From Nitrososphaerota archaeon (GTDB lineage Archaea > Thermoproteota > Nitrososphaeria > Nitrososphaerales > Nitrosopumilaceae), in the NCBI GenBank assembly GCA_013287585.1, contig JABDDN010000004.1, positions 25,046 through 57,045 of the forward strand: a stretch of 32,000 nt of DNA, read 5' to 3'. The notes beneath the pieces were generated by a model. The model was given only the letters and a program-made list of their open reading frames with translations. It was not told the origin of the DNA and made no database searches. The translations under genes were made by a program, and so were the position numbers. This document shows positions 16,692 to 24,161 of this stretch, in pieces. The first letter of the stretch is position 1; every line of letters begins with the position of its first letter.

Positions 16692-17441
16692 CTAGAAAAT
16701 AGAATCTTTTGGTTTTAATTCGCGCCACTTGCCACGGGCCCAGAATCCCCATTTTTGCTTGTCTTCTGATGGATAATAACACTTTTCGTTATGTGCACAG
16801 CCCATGCATCTTGTCGATGGTTCTAGAGCTGGTATCACATTATTATTTAATAACGTATTAAGAATACGTGCTCTTCGTTTAGTTTCACCAAAAAGTTTCT
16901 CACTTTTTGGAACGATGAATTCCATTTCATTGCCATCTTTATCAAAATACACTATAACACCCTCTGGTTTTTCAAACATGTGTAGGTATGAATTTAATTG
17001 CATAAAATGCTCAGCATGTGGCATCTCTGGCAATTCTTCGGCTGTTCTAAACATCATTACTACATCATCCTCTACTCTATCTGCACGACCAACTAGTTTT
17101 AGTTTAGAATCAATTTCAATTATTCCCTCAGATGGTCTTTCTAATACACTTAGAGCACTTTTTTCCATTAATGTAGACATCATTTGTTTATGTGTTCGTT
17201 CTGCAGGAGATTTACGATCAAGGTATGCACTTCTGAGACATCCACTAACCTCATCTACAGAGATTTTACTTTCATCGTTTAAATTTGGATTAATAACGGC
17301 AAATACTTGCTCAATGACATCATAGACATCAACTTTAGCTGGAGCGTCGCCTGCAGCACGATAATTTTCAATTCCTTCTTTAATTTTATCTTGAACTTTT
17401 CCTAAAATTTTTCCTTTTTGTACTTTCTGTACTCCAGACAT
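16692..17441 (-). CDS. Cas4/RecB-like PD-(D/E)xK superfamily protein with a 4-Cys (Fe-S type) signature
   Basis: In this 249-aa ORF, C68 (SGCLRSAYL) plus C212-x2-C215-x5-C221 match the Cas4/AddB C...CxxCx5C pattern. It also has a GRAD121 motif-II-like Asp and Q148LNSY152 (QxxxY). I could not find a convincing (D/E)xK lysine (region VVMMFRTAEEL). No CRISPR array or cas genes are nearby. Confidence 0.6.
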   Translation of the reverse strand: MSGVQKVQKGKILGKVQDKIKEGIENYRAAGDAPAKVDVYDVIEQVFAVINPNLNDESKISVDEVSGCLRSAYLDRKSPAERTHKQMMSTLMEKSALSVLERPSEGIIEIDSKLKLVGRADRVEDDVVMMFRTAEELPEMPHAEHFMQLNSYLHMFEKPEGVIVYFDKDGNEMEFIVPKSEKLFGETKRRARILNTLLNNNVIPALEPSTRCMGCAHNEKCYYPSEDKQKWGFWARGKWRELKPKDSIF

Positions 17442-17505
17442 CTCTTCGAATTCTGTACTGCAACTATAAAAGGTATTTTATCCTAGAAATTTTTTTTTAT
17501 GATAT
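17432..17505. repeat. Copy 2 of the perfect 74-bp direct repeat (supplies start codon, leader and TATA region of the Cas4-like gene)
   Basis: Identical to 14028-14101. The flanks diverge immediately on both sides (g vs a at the inner edge, a vs t at the outer edge). Confidence 0.95.
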
Positions 17506-17585
17506 TATTTTTAATTGAAATTTTTCGTATAAATTTTAGCAATACTTTAATAAAAGCGATTCATATGTGGTTTGGGTTATAAATT

Positions 17586-17930
17586 ATGAAAAAAATTGAA
17601 GCAGTAGTCCCAGCATCGAAAGTTGAAGCAGTTGCTTCTGCAATACTAGAAACAGGAATTGGAGGTATGACAATTTCCGATACAAAGGGAAGAGGTATAC
17701 TTGAAAGACCAGTGTTTGCGAGTGGAAGAGGAACTGGTGCATATAGACCTGCATTTAATGTAAATGCAACAATAATGGTCGTATCAAAAGATGATCTGGT
17801 AGACAAAATTGTGGAAAAGATTCTTTCTGCTGCAAGTACAGGGGCAACAGGTGAAGGAAAAATCTTCATAACTGACGTAGCAGAAACCATAGATATCGGA
17901 TCTAAAAAACGTGGAGATTCCACACTTTAA
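17586..17930 (+). CDS. glnB: P-II family nitrogen regulatory protein
   Basis: 114 aa starting MKKIEAVV.., with GGMTISDTKGRG.. (T-loop base) and TGEGKIFITDV (the ATP-binding GDGKIF-like motif). Length and pattern are those of GlnB/GlnK. Confidence 0.9.
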   Translation: MKKIEAVVPASKVEAVASAILETGIGGMTISDTKGRGILERPVFASGRGTGAYRPAFNVNATIMVVSKDDLVDKIVEKILSAASTGATGEGKIFITDVAETIDIGSKKRGDSTL

Positions 17931-18075
17931 TTTCTTTCAAAGAATTATTTTTAAAATATCAAAAACAGCATCTACAGAACATGTATAACATATTTTTTAT
18001 TAAATAATCATCGCGTTCTATGTTTGCCTAAATAGTCATACAAATCATTATAACTCTAACACATAGACTAAATCT

Positions 18076-18594
18076 ATGATTTGGCCTGGAATGGGCGATC
18101 CTACAAAGCGTAAAAAAACCCTCAAATTCTTAGTAATTACTGCAGTAATCGGTTTTATGATTTATTTTGGCGGTCTTGAAATTCAGAATTACCTACACAA
18201 AGATGATCCATTATACCAATGCATAAACAATAGAAACATAAACTACAAAATTTCTGCAACTTTAGAATTGACTATAGATGGGAAAAAAGCAGATATTCCA
18301 GCCAAAGTAGGATTTGAAGGAGGATGTCAAAAATCAATGTATACACTTTCAAATGATGGAGTGATTTATGCAGCTTGGGACAATAAACACAGATTTGAAA
18401 TTGGGCAGTTCCTATGGGTTTGGAAATTTCCCTTACGTGACATGGATGAAACTAAATCAAGAATACTTGTAAATGGAGTAGAGTCACCAGACTTTATACA
18501 CACACCACTTGAAGATGGGGCTCATTACAAGGCAGAATTCATTTCGAAAGCTTCAGAAAGCGGCAGTCCAAGCTTCACACCACCTGGAACTTAG
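18076..18594 (+). CDS. Hypothetical N-terminally anchored secreted/membrane protein
   Basis: 172-aa ORF with one N-terminal TM helix (LKFLVITAVIGFMIYFGGL) followed by a polar domain. No motif recognised. Confidence 0.55.
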   Translation: MIWPGMGDPTKRKKTLKFLVITAVIGFMIYFGGLEIQNYLHKDDPLYQCINNRNINYKISATLELTIDGKKADIPAKVGFEGGCQKSMYTLSNDGVIYAAWDNKHRFEIGQFLWVWKFPLRDMDETKSRILVNGVESPDFIHTPLEDGAHYKAEFISKASESGSPSFTPPGT

Positions 18595-18646
18595 ACAATA
18601 TTCATTATCATCTAATTAGTGAAAAATAAGGAAAAAGAATGGAAAT

Positions 18647-18919
18647 TTACCAGTATTTTCCGTTGTCTGGTATCAAGCCGATGCCTTCTTTCTCAAAGTG
18701 CTTGTCAAGTTCTGAGACCCACCTTTCTCTGGTATCTCCACCTAGACCGTGTACTCTAAGCCAGAATGCAATTACTCCAAGGAGGAATACTGCAAACATC
18801 ATGGTCGCAAATATGTAGATCATGACATCATAGAACAATGGGTCATAGTTTGGACCTATTTGACCAGCAAAGTTTGACAGCACACCTACGAGCATAGCAA
18901 ATACAGCGCTCATCAACAA
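18647..18919 (-). CDS. Small two-helix membrane protein
   Basis: 90-aa ORF. The ORF-track start is TTG, but an in-frame ATG two codons downstream (start at 18913) is more likely. Confidence 0.5.
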   Translation of the reverse strand: MLMSAVFAMLVGVLSNFAGQIGPNYDPLFYDVMIYIFATMMFAVFLLGVIAFWLRVHGLGGDTRERWVSELDKHFEKEGIGLIPDNGKYW

Positions 18920-19010
18920 TCAAAACATTTCATGTATGATATATACATTTCTGTTAAAGGAAAAACGATCTCATCTTACAATAGAGAATTAAAATAATAA
19001 AAAGGAAGAG

Positions 19011-19322
19011 TTAGTATGTTTTTTTCGTTGCTTGTTTTGCTCTTACTACAAAGGCAAGGAAAATTCCACCAAATACTGCACCGACTACTATTGATGCACC
19101 GACTACACCATTTGCATCAAGAACTGGAGTACCAGAACCAGTATGTGGATTTGCTGCGGCTTCAGTTACTTTAGCATGGGCTAGTTTCAATGACTCCTCT
19201 AAAGTAGACGCGCCAGTACCTCCTGTTTGTGAGTATGGCGATTGTGCAGCCGCCAGAGGCAAAAACGCAGATGCAACAAAGAGGCTCAGCATTACTGAGC
19301 TAATTATGATAGGTTTGTTCAT
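19011..19322 (-). CDS. Small secreted protein with a signal peptide and a C-terminal TM anchor
   Basis: I place the start at the internal ATG (MNKPIIISSVMLSLFVASAFLPLAAAQSP..), which gives a classic signal peptide. The C-terminus GASIVVGAVFGGIFLAFVVRAKQATKK is a TM anchor plus basic tail. The ORF-track version (to 19394) adds an unlikely N-terminal extension. Confidence 0.55.
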   Translation of the reverse strand: MNKPIIISSVMLSLFVASAFLPLAAAQSPYSQTGGTGASTLEESLKLAHAKVTEAAANPHTGSGTPVLDANGVVGASIVVGAVFGGIFLAFVVRAKQATKKTY

Positions 19323-19437
19323 ATTAAGCACCTGCCATGAAATGTGCGTTCGTTCATATTTAACTTTTGTGTCAAACGCTAAAAATTTTTGCAAAGTCTA
19401 AGTAACGTTTATGTTTTGCTCCGCAGACATGCGACGT

Positions 19438-19887
19438 ATGGGCAGAATGCACTCACACAGACATGGACAATCACATTCGATCAGACCAGTTACACCTAGT
19501 GCACCAACATGGGTAAAACAGAGTCCTGCGGAAATTGAAGAATTAATTTTGAAATATGCAAAAGAGGGTCTAAAAACAAGCGAGATAGGAGTCAAACTCA
19601 GAGATCAACATGCAATTCCACTTACTAAACTAATAGTGAAAAAATCTATTACAGAAATACTTACTCAAAAAGGAATCAAAACCGATATGCCTGAAGATCT
19701 GAACAATATTGTAAACAAGGCATTAGGGTTACAAAAACATCTTAAGACACACACATCAGATAGGCGAAATGTAAGATCTCTGGAATTATTGGAAGCAAAG
19801 GTTCACAGGCTTTCTTTATATTATAAAAAAATAGGCCGTATTCCTAAAACTTGGAAATATAAGTCAGTCATAGCTCAACTGGAGTAA
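19438..19887 (+). CDS. rps15: 30S ribosomal protein uS15 (S15P/S13e)
   Basis: MGRMHSHRHGQSHSIRP.. is the typical archaeal S15 N-terminus, and the C-terminal region (..HLKTHTSDRRNVRSLELLEAKVHRL..) matches the S15 fold. The start is moved to ATG 19438 from the ORF-track 19411. Confidence 0.9.
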   Translation: MGRMHSHRHGQSHSIRPVTPSAPTWVKQSPAEIEELILKYAKEGLKTSEIGVKLRDQHAIPLTKLIVKKSITEILTQKGIKTDMPEDLNNIVNKALGLQKHLKTHTSDRRNVRSLELLEAKVHRLSLYYKKIGRIPKTWKYKSVIAQLE

Positions 19888-21287
19888 TGACAAGCAAGCT
19901 TGATGCAGCACTTTCTTATTTTCATGATAAGGTTTCAGATTGTATAAAATCTGGTAGAAATATTTCTGTAATAACTCATCTTGATTGTGATGGAATAACA
20001 TCTGGAAGTATTGTAACAAAATCTCTCATAAGATCAGGTGCTAAATGTACAGTTAGGACAGTAAATGAATTCAACAAGAATTTAGTTGATAGAATGAAAA
20101 ATGATTCAAGAGAATTTCACATAATTACTGATCTTGGTGGTGGATTTGCAAAGGAACTAGATTCAGGATTAGATGACAACTGGATAGTTGTTGATCATCA
20201 TCAGATACCAGAAGAAGAATTCGACAATGAACGGGTAATTAACGCATGGAAGTATGATATTGATGGCGGTGTAGAGGTATCAGCTGGTGGTATGGCATAT
20301 TTAGTTTCAAATGCACTGCATAGAGAAAATACTGATCTTGCATGGATAGCTGTTGTAGCTGCTCTTGGTGACAGACAAGATCAAGGTGAAAAAAAATCTT
20401 TTTCCGGAATTAATTTAGATATTGCATCTGTCGCTAAAAAAAATGGTCAAGTTGAAATTGATCTTGATATATTGTTGGTGGGAAGAGAAACAAGGCCACT
20501 CCCAGATGCTCTTGCTTTTACATCACACCCGTTTATAGAAGGACTTACGTGGAATAGGGACGCATGTTTGTCACTATTGAATTCATCTGGAATTAAATTA
20601 AAAGATGGGAGTAGATGGCGCGTTCCCGCAGAGCTTACTGAAGATGAGAAAAGAATTCTACTTCAGACAATTTCTAAATTTACAACAAGCAAAAACGCTA
20701 CAGAGATAATGGATGAACTTGTTGGATATACATATACTCTTTCGGGTGAAGATAAACGCAGTTTTTTGCGTGATGCAAGAGAATTTTCCACTATGCTAAA
20801 CTCATGTGGAAGAATTCGCAAGGCTGGAGTTGGAATCGCAATTTGTATGGGAGACAGAACAAGAATGTTAGAAGAAGGAGAAAATATTCTCTTAGAATAT
20901 CGCACACTATTACGAACGTATATGAACGCACTTTCAAGTGAGCGTTGGAGAGTAGTGGACAACGGCAAATATGTAATGGTAGATGGAGAAGGATTAGTAT
21001 CAGAAAACATGACAGGTGCAGTATCTTCGCTTCTAGGCGGCTCACAAAAGAACACAGGCAGAATTATAATATTAAGAACAAATGGAGAGGATGGCACGAT
21101 CAAGTTTTCATCACGAAAATCTACAGGATGTAAATCTGAGGTTAATTTAGGATTACTAATGAGATCATGCGCAACAAAAGTTTCTGGAGTCGGTGGCGGT
21201 CATAATGCAGCTGCTGGAGCTAGAATAACTAAAGACAAATTGGACGAGTTCTTAGGCTGTTTAGAAGAAAATGTCACTAGAATGTAA
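19887..21287 (+). CDS. DHH/DHHA1 phosphoesterase, archaeal RecJ/Cdc45 (GAN)-like
   Basis: 466 aa with DHH motifs I (HLDCDG), II (ITDLG) and III (VVDHHQ), plus DHHA1 GGGH (GVGGGHNAAAG). Its start overlaps the uS15 stop (TAATG). Confidence 0.8.
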   Translation: MTSKLDAALSYFHDKVSDCIKSGRNISVITHLDCDGITSGSIVTKSLIRSGAKCTVRTVNEFNKNLVDRMKNDSREFHIITDLGGGFAKELDSGLDDNWIVVDHHQIPEEEFDNERVINAWKYDIDGGVEVSAGGMAYLVSNALHRENTDLAWIAVVAALGDRQDQGEKKSFSGINLDIASVAKKNGQVEIDLDILLVGRETRPLPDALAFTSHPFIEGLTWNRDACLSLLNSSGIKLKDGSRWRVPAELTEDEKRILLQTISKFTTSKNATEIMDELVGYTYTLSGEDKRSFLRDAREFSTMLNSCGRIRKAGVGIAICMGDRTRMLEEGENILLEYRTLLRTYMNALSSERWRVVDNGKYVMVDGEGLVSENMTGAVSSLLGGSQKNTGRIIILRTNGEDGTIKFSSRKSTGCKSEVNLGLLMRSCATKVSGVGGGHNAAAGARITKDKLDEFLGCLEENVTRM

Positions 21288-21513
21288 AGTTCAAGTCTTT
21301 CTAAATAACCTTACACCACAAAAATCTGATTCCATACGAAAGGCCTTAGCACCAGACAACATAAACTTCCCAGAGAATCTTTCCATGGAGATTGAAAATG
21401 TTAACAATTCACTTGTCTTTACATTTCAAGGTAAAGGAAATATACGAACATTAATTTCTACTATTGATGAGGTCCTTGAACATGCCCAAGTGGTACTCAG
21501 AGTGACTGGCTAA
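21271..21513 (+). CDS. Pcc1-like KEOPS subunit (tentative)
   Basis: 80-aa ORF overlapping the neighbouring genes at both ends. Its pattern (..SIRKALAPDN...SLVFTFQGKGNIRTLISTIDEVLEHAQVV) resembles archaeal Pcc1 (..A..pe....l.i.i.a.d...lR...ns.l.w..). The call is from memory only. Confidence 0.45.
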   Translation: MSLECKVQVFLNNLTPQKSDSIRKALAPDNINFPENLSMEIENVNNSLVFTFQGKGNIRTLISTIDEVLEHAQVVLRVTG

Positions 21514-22775
21514 TGCTTGATCCTAAAATTTTACGAGAAAATCCTGATAAAATTAGAAAAATGCTTAACGACAGAAATATTGATTTTCCATTAGACGAAT
21601 TGATAAAATTAGACAAGGAACGTAGAGATCTCATTATTAAAACAGATGAATTACGAAAGAAAAGAAATGAAATTTCTATAGAGATTGCAAAAAGGAAAAA
21701 AACCAATCAAGATGCAACATCACTCATTGAACAAATGCAGGAAACATCACAAACACTTACAAATCTTGAAACCGAACAGACTCAAACAGAATCAGGATAT
21801 ACAAAACTAACATTAACCATTCCTAATTTAATTGATGAATCTGTTCCAATCGGAAAAGACGATACTACAAACAAGGAAATAAAAAAATGGGGAAAAATTC
21901 CTCAGTTTGATTTTAAAGTAAAAGATCACATAGACATATCACAAAGTCTTGATCTTGTAGATTTAGAAAGAGCCGCCAAAGTGGCAGGAGCAAGATTTTA
22001 TTATTTGAAAAATGATCTTGTAAAGTTAAACCAGGCATTAATACAATATGCACTAGATTTTCTTTCTGAAAAAAATTATACTCCAATTCAAACACCTTAT
22101 TTGATAAATCGTTCGTCTATGGAAGGCGCGATAATTGCACAAGATTTTGAAGACGTTATTTACAAAATTGAGGGCGATGATCTCTATCTAATTGGCACAT
22201 CAGAGCATGCAGTAGCATCAATGCATTCTGACGAAATTCTAGAAGGAAAGATTTTGCCTCTTAGATATGCTGGGGTAAGCCCATGTTTTAGAAAAGAGGC
22301 AGGTGCACATGGAAGAGATCAAAAAGGTATTTTTCGCGTACATCAATTTGAAAAAGTAGAACAGTTTGTTTTTTCCAGACCAGAAGAATCTAAGAAAGAA
22401 CATGAACAGATGTTATCTAATGTTGAAGAGTTTTACCAGAAACTTGAGATGCCATACAGAATAATGATACTGTCAAGTGGAGATCTTGGAAAGATCTCTT
22501 CAAAAACATATGATCTTGAAGCTTGGATGGCAGGTCAGAGCAGCTATCGTGAGATAGTTTCATGTTCTAACTGCTTGGACTTTCAAGCAAGAAGACTCAA
22601 GATAAGATTTCGTGATAGAACTAACGACCAGCCTCAATATGTCCATACATTAAACAGCACACTTGTAGCGACAACACGAACTCTTGTTGCCATAATGGAA
22701 AATTTTCAAACAAAGGATGGTCATATTTCTATACCAAAGGTTTTACAAAAATACATTAACAAAAATACAATCTAA
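21513..22775 (+). CDS. serS: Seryl-tRNA synthetase
   Basis: 420 aa with an N-terminal coiled-coil arm (MLDPKILRENPDKIRKML..) and class II core motifs (..GTSEHAV.., FRKEAGAHGRDQKGIFRVHQFEKVEQF, ..LNSTLVATTRTLVAIMEN). Confidence 0.95.
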   Translation: MLDPKILRENPDKIRKMLNDRNIDFPLDELIKLDKERRDLIIKTDELRKKRNEISIEIAKRKKTNQDATSLIEQMQETSQTLTNLETEQTQTESGYTKLTLTIPNLIDESVPIGKDDTTNKEIKKWGKIPQFDFKVKDHIDISQSLDLVDLERAAKVAGARFYYLKNDLVKLNQALIQYALDFLSEKNYTPIQTPYLINRSSMEGAIIAQDFEDVIYKIEGDDLYLIGTSEHAVASMHSDEILEGKILPLRYAGVSPCFRKEAGAHGRDQKGIFRVHQFEKVEQFVFSRPEESKKEHEQMLSNVEEFYQKLEMPYRIMILSSGDLGKISSKTYDLEAWMAGQSSYREIVSCSNCLDFQARRLKIRFRDRTNDQPQYVHTLNSTLVATTRTLVAIMENFQTKDGHISIPKVLQKYINKNTI

Positions 22776-22818
22776 AAAGTCGTACAACTTATATTTTGGC
22801 TAGAAACGTCGATTATAG

Positions 22819-23433
22819 TTGGCACGTCAAAAGACAGCAAGAGTCAAGGACAAATGGAGAGAGAAAAAATGGGTTACTGTACTTGCACCTTCTGCGTTTA
22901 ACAATGTGCCCATAGCCTATATTCCCATAACTGATGATGCAAATGCGATAGGTAGAGTAATAGAAGTTACTTTGTTTGACATAGTCAAAGGTGATCCTTC
23001 ACAGCATCAATTCAAATTGTATTTTCAGATAAACAAAATAGACGGTGAAACTGCAACAACAATTTTTAAACGATATGAATATGCAAAAGAATTTCTCAGA
23101 AGTCTTGTAAGACGTGGATCTTCTTTAATTAGCTTCATAGGCGACTATAAAACAAAAGATGGGAATATTTTCCGCATAAAGATAATTGCATTGACACAAA
23201 AGAAATTAAATACATCTCGTAAACATGCACTTAGATTAATTGCAAGAGATGTCATGTCAAAAACAATTCCTGAAATGACCATAGAACAATTCATTCAAGC
23301 TACTGCATTTGGAAAAATAAACTCTGATATCATGGCTGCTGTTAAAAAAATAATTCACGTAAGACATGTAGGCATAGAAAAATCAAAGATAATTAGAACT
23401 GCAGAAGCTGAGATTGCATTATTGCAAGCTTAA
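22819..23433 (+). CDS. rps3ae: 30S ribosomal protein eS1 (S3Ae)
   Basis: 204 aa with a TTG start. The sequence ..KDKWREKKWVTVLAPSAFN...GRVIEVTLFDI.. is the characteristic S3Ae N-terminal region. Confidence 0.9.
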   Translation: MARQKTARVKDKWREKKWVTVLAPSAFNNVPIAYIPITDDANAIGRVIEVTLFDIVKGDPSQHQFKLYFQINKIDGETATTIFKRYEYAKEFLRSLVRRGSSLISFIGDYKTKDGNIFRIKIIALTQKKLNTSRKHALRLIARDVMSKTIPEMTIEQFIQATAFGKINSDIMAAVKKIIHVRHVGIEKSKIIRTAEAEIALLQA

Positions 23434-23465
23434 TAGATTTATTGTTTAGATAATAATCAACAAAC

Positions 23466-23888
23466 ATGGTAAATCATACAGAGATCACTGCAGAGATCAT
23501 AATACATGCAACAGAAGATAAGAAAAAAATTTTTGATCCAATGTATGAAGTATTTGAAATAAAAGAAGAAGAATTCATACAAGAAAGATTAGAAGGCCAT
23601 TTTGGAAATCCTATTTTAATGATGAGTATAAAAATAGGAAAAAAACGTGCTGAAGAATTTATCAAGAAATTAGTTTCAAAGATTTCAAAATCTCAGATGA
23701 ACGAGTTTTTAGAAAATATTGAGACGTATTTTGAAGGTTCGTCCTTGTTTATACGAATAAGTAAAAAAGATCTCGTAAGAAAATCTATTAGTTTACAACA
23801 AAATGATGCCTTAAAAATCAAAATTTCCACTCCTGTGTATAAAAGGAGTGAACTTGTCAAAACATATTTGGAACTTTTAGGACAATGA
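23466..23888 (+). CDS. UPF0201/DUF54-type putative RNA-binding protein (exosome-superoperon associated)
   Basis: In this 140-aa ORF, the N-terminal ITAEIIIHATEDKKKIFDPMYEVF matches the v.a.vhPTED.ekV signature I recall for COG1931-family proteins. Confidence 0.55.
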   Translation: MVNHTEITAEIIIHATEDKKKIFDPMYEVFEIKEEEFIQERLEGHFGNPILMMSIKIGKKRAEEFIKKLVSKISKSQMNEFLENIETYFEGSSLFIRISKKDLVRKSISLQQNDALKIKISTPVYKRSELVKTYLELLGQ

Positions 23889-24094
23889 AAAAAAAGAAAA
23901 GATATCTTTTATTACAATTAGAAAAACCAATTGAATTTAAAAAATTCACAGAAATCAAGGTAATATCAAATGAAGAAAATCACGCTGTTATTTCGTGCGA
24001 ACTTGCCAAACTTTCACAAGTAGTTTTGGAATTTGAAAAAGTATGTAAGATTGTGAATGTTTCAGGAACTCTCAAAGCACTGCGCAGAGTTTAA
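23885..24094 (+). CDS. Miniature Pop5/Rpp14-like protein (RNase P component 2 family, tentative)
   Basis: 69 aa. The N-terminal KKRYLLLQLE and C-terminal VNVSGTLKALRRV resemble the KRYi.fei and vSGTik.. ends of archaeal Pop5, but the protein is about half the usual length. Its start overlaps the upstream stop. Confidence 0.4.
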   Translation: MKKKKRYLLLQLEKPIEFKKFTEIKVISNEENHAVISCELAKLSQVVLEFEKVCKIVNVSGTLKALRRV

Positions 24095-24161
24095 TAGTAT
24101 TTCGAGGACAAGATAAAAAGGGAATGATGTGATATTTGCCGCTCCAGTCTGAGCAATTGCT

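Noticed and set aside
16804-17325. Long antisense or shadow ORFs inside well-supported genes. Examples: 16804-17325 within the Cas4-like gene, 17561-17923 opposite P-II, 8118-8435 within amoA, 10174-10440 within amoB, 12969-13387 within amt, 20663-21103 within the RecJ-like gene, and 27176-27550 within the VWA gene.
   Set aside because: Each lies entirely within a gene that has strong motif support on the other strand. Their translations are low-complexity (Ser/Ile/Leu/Phe-rich) with no motifs. This is the usual mirror-frame artefact.
17586-17930. Whether the P-II protein has an aberrant T-loop.
   Set aside because: Aligned by eye against E. coli GlnB from memory, the loop length differs by only one residue and a Tyr is present in the loop. 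Nothing here is clearly unusual.
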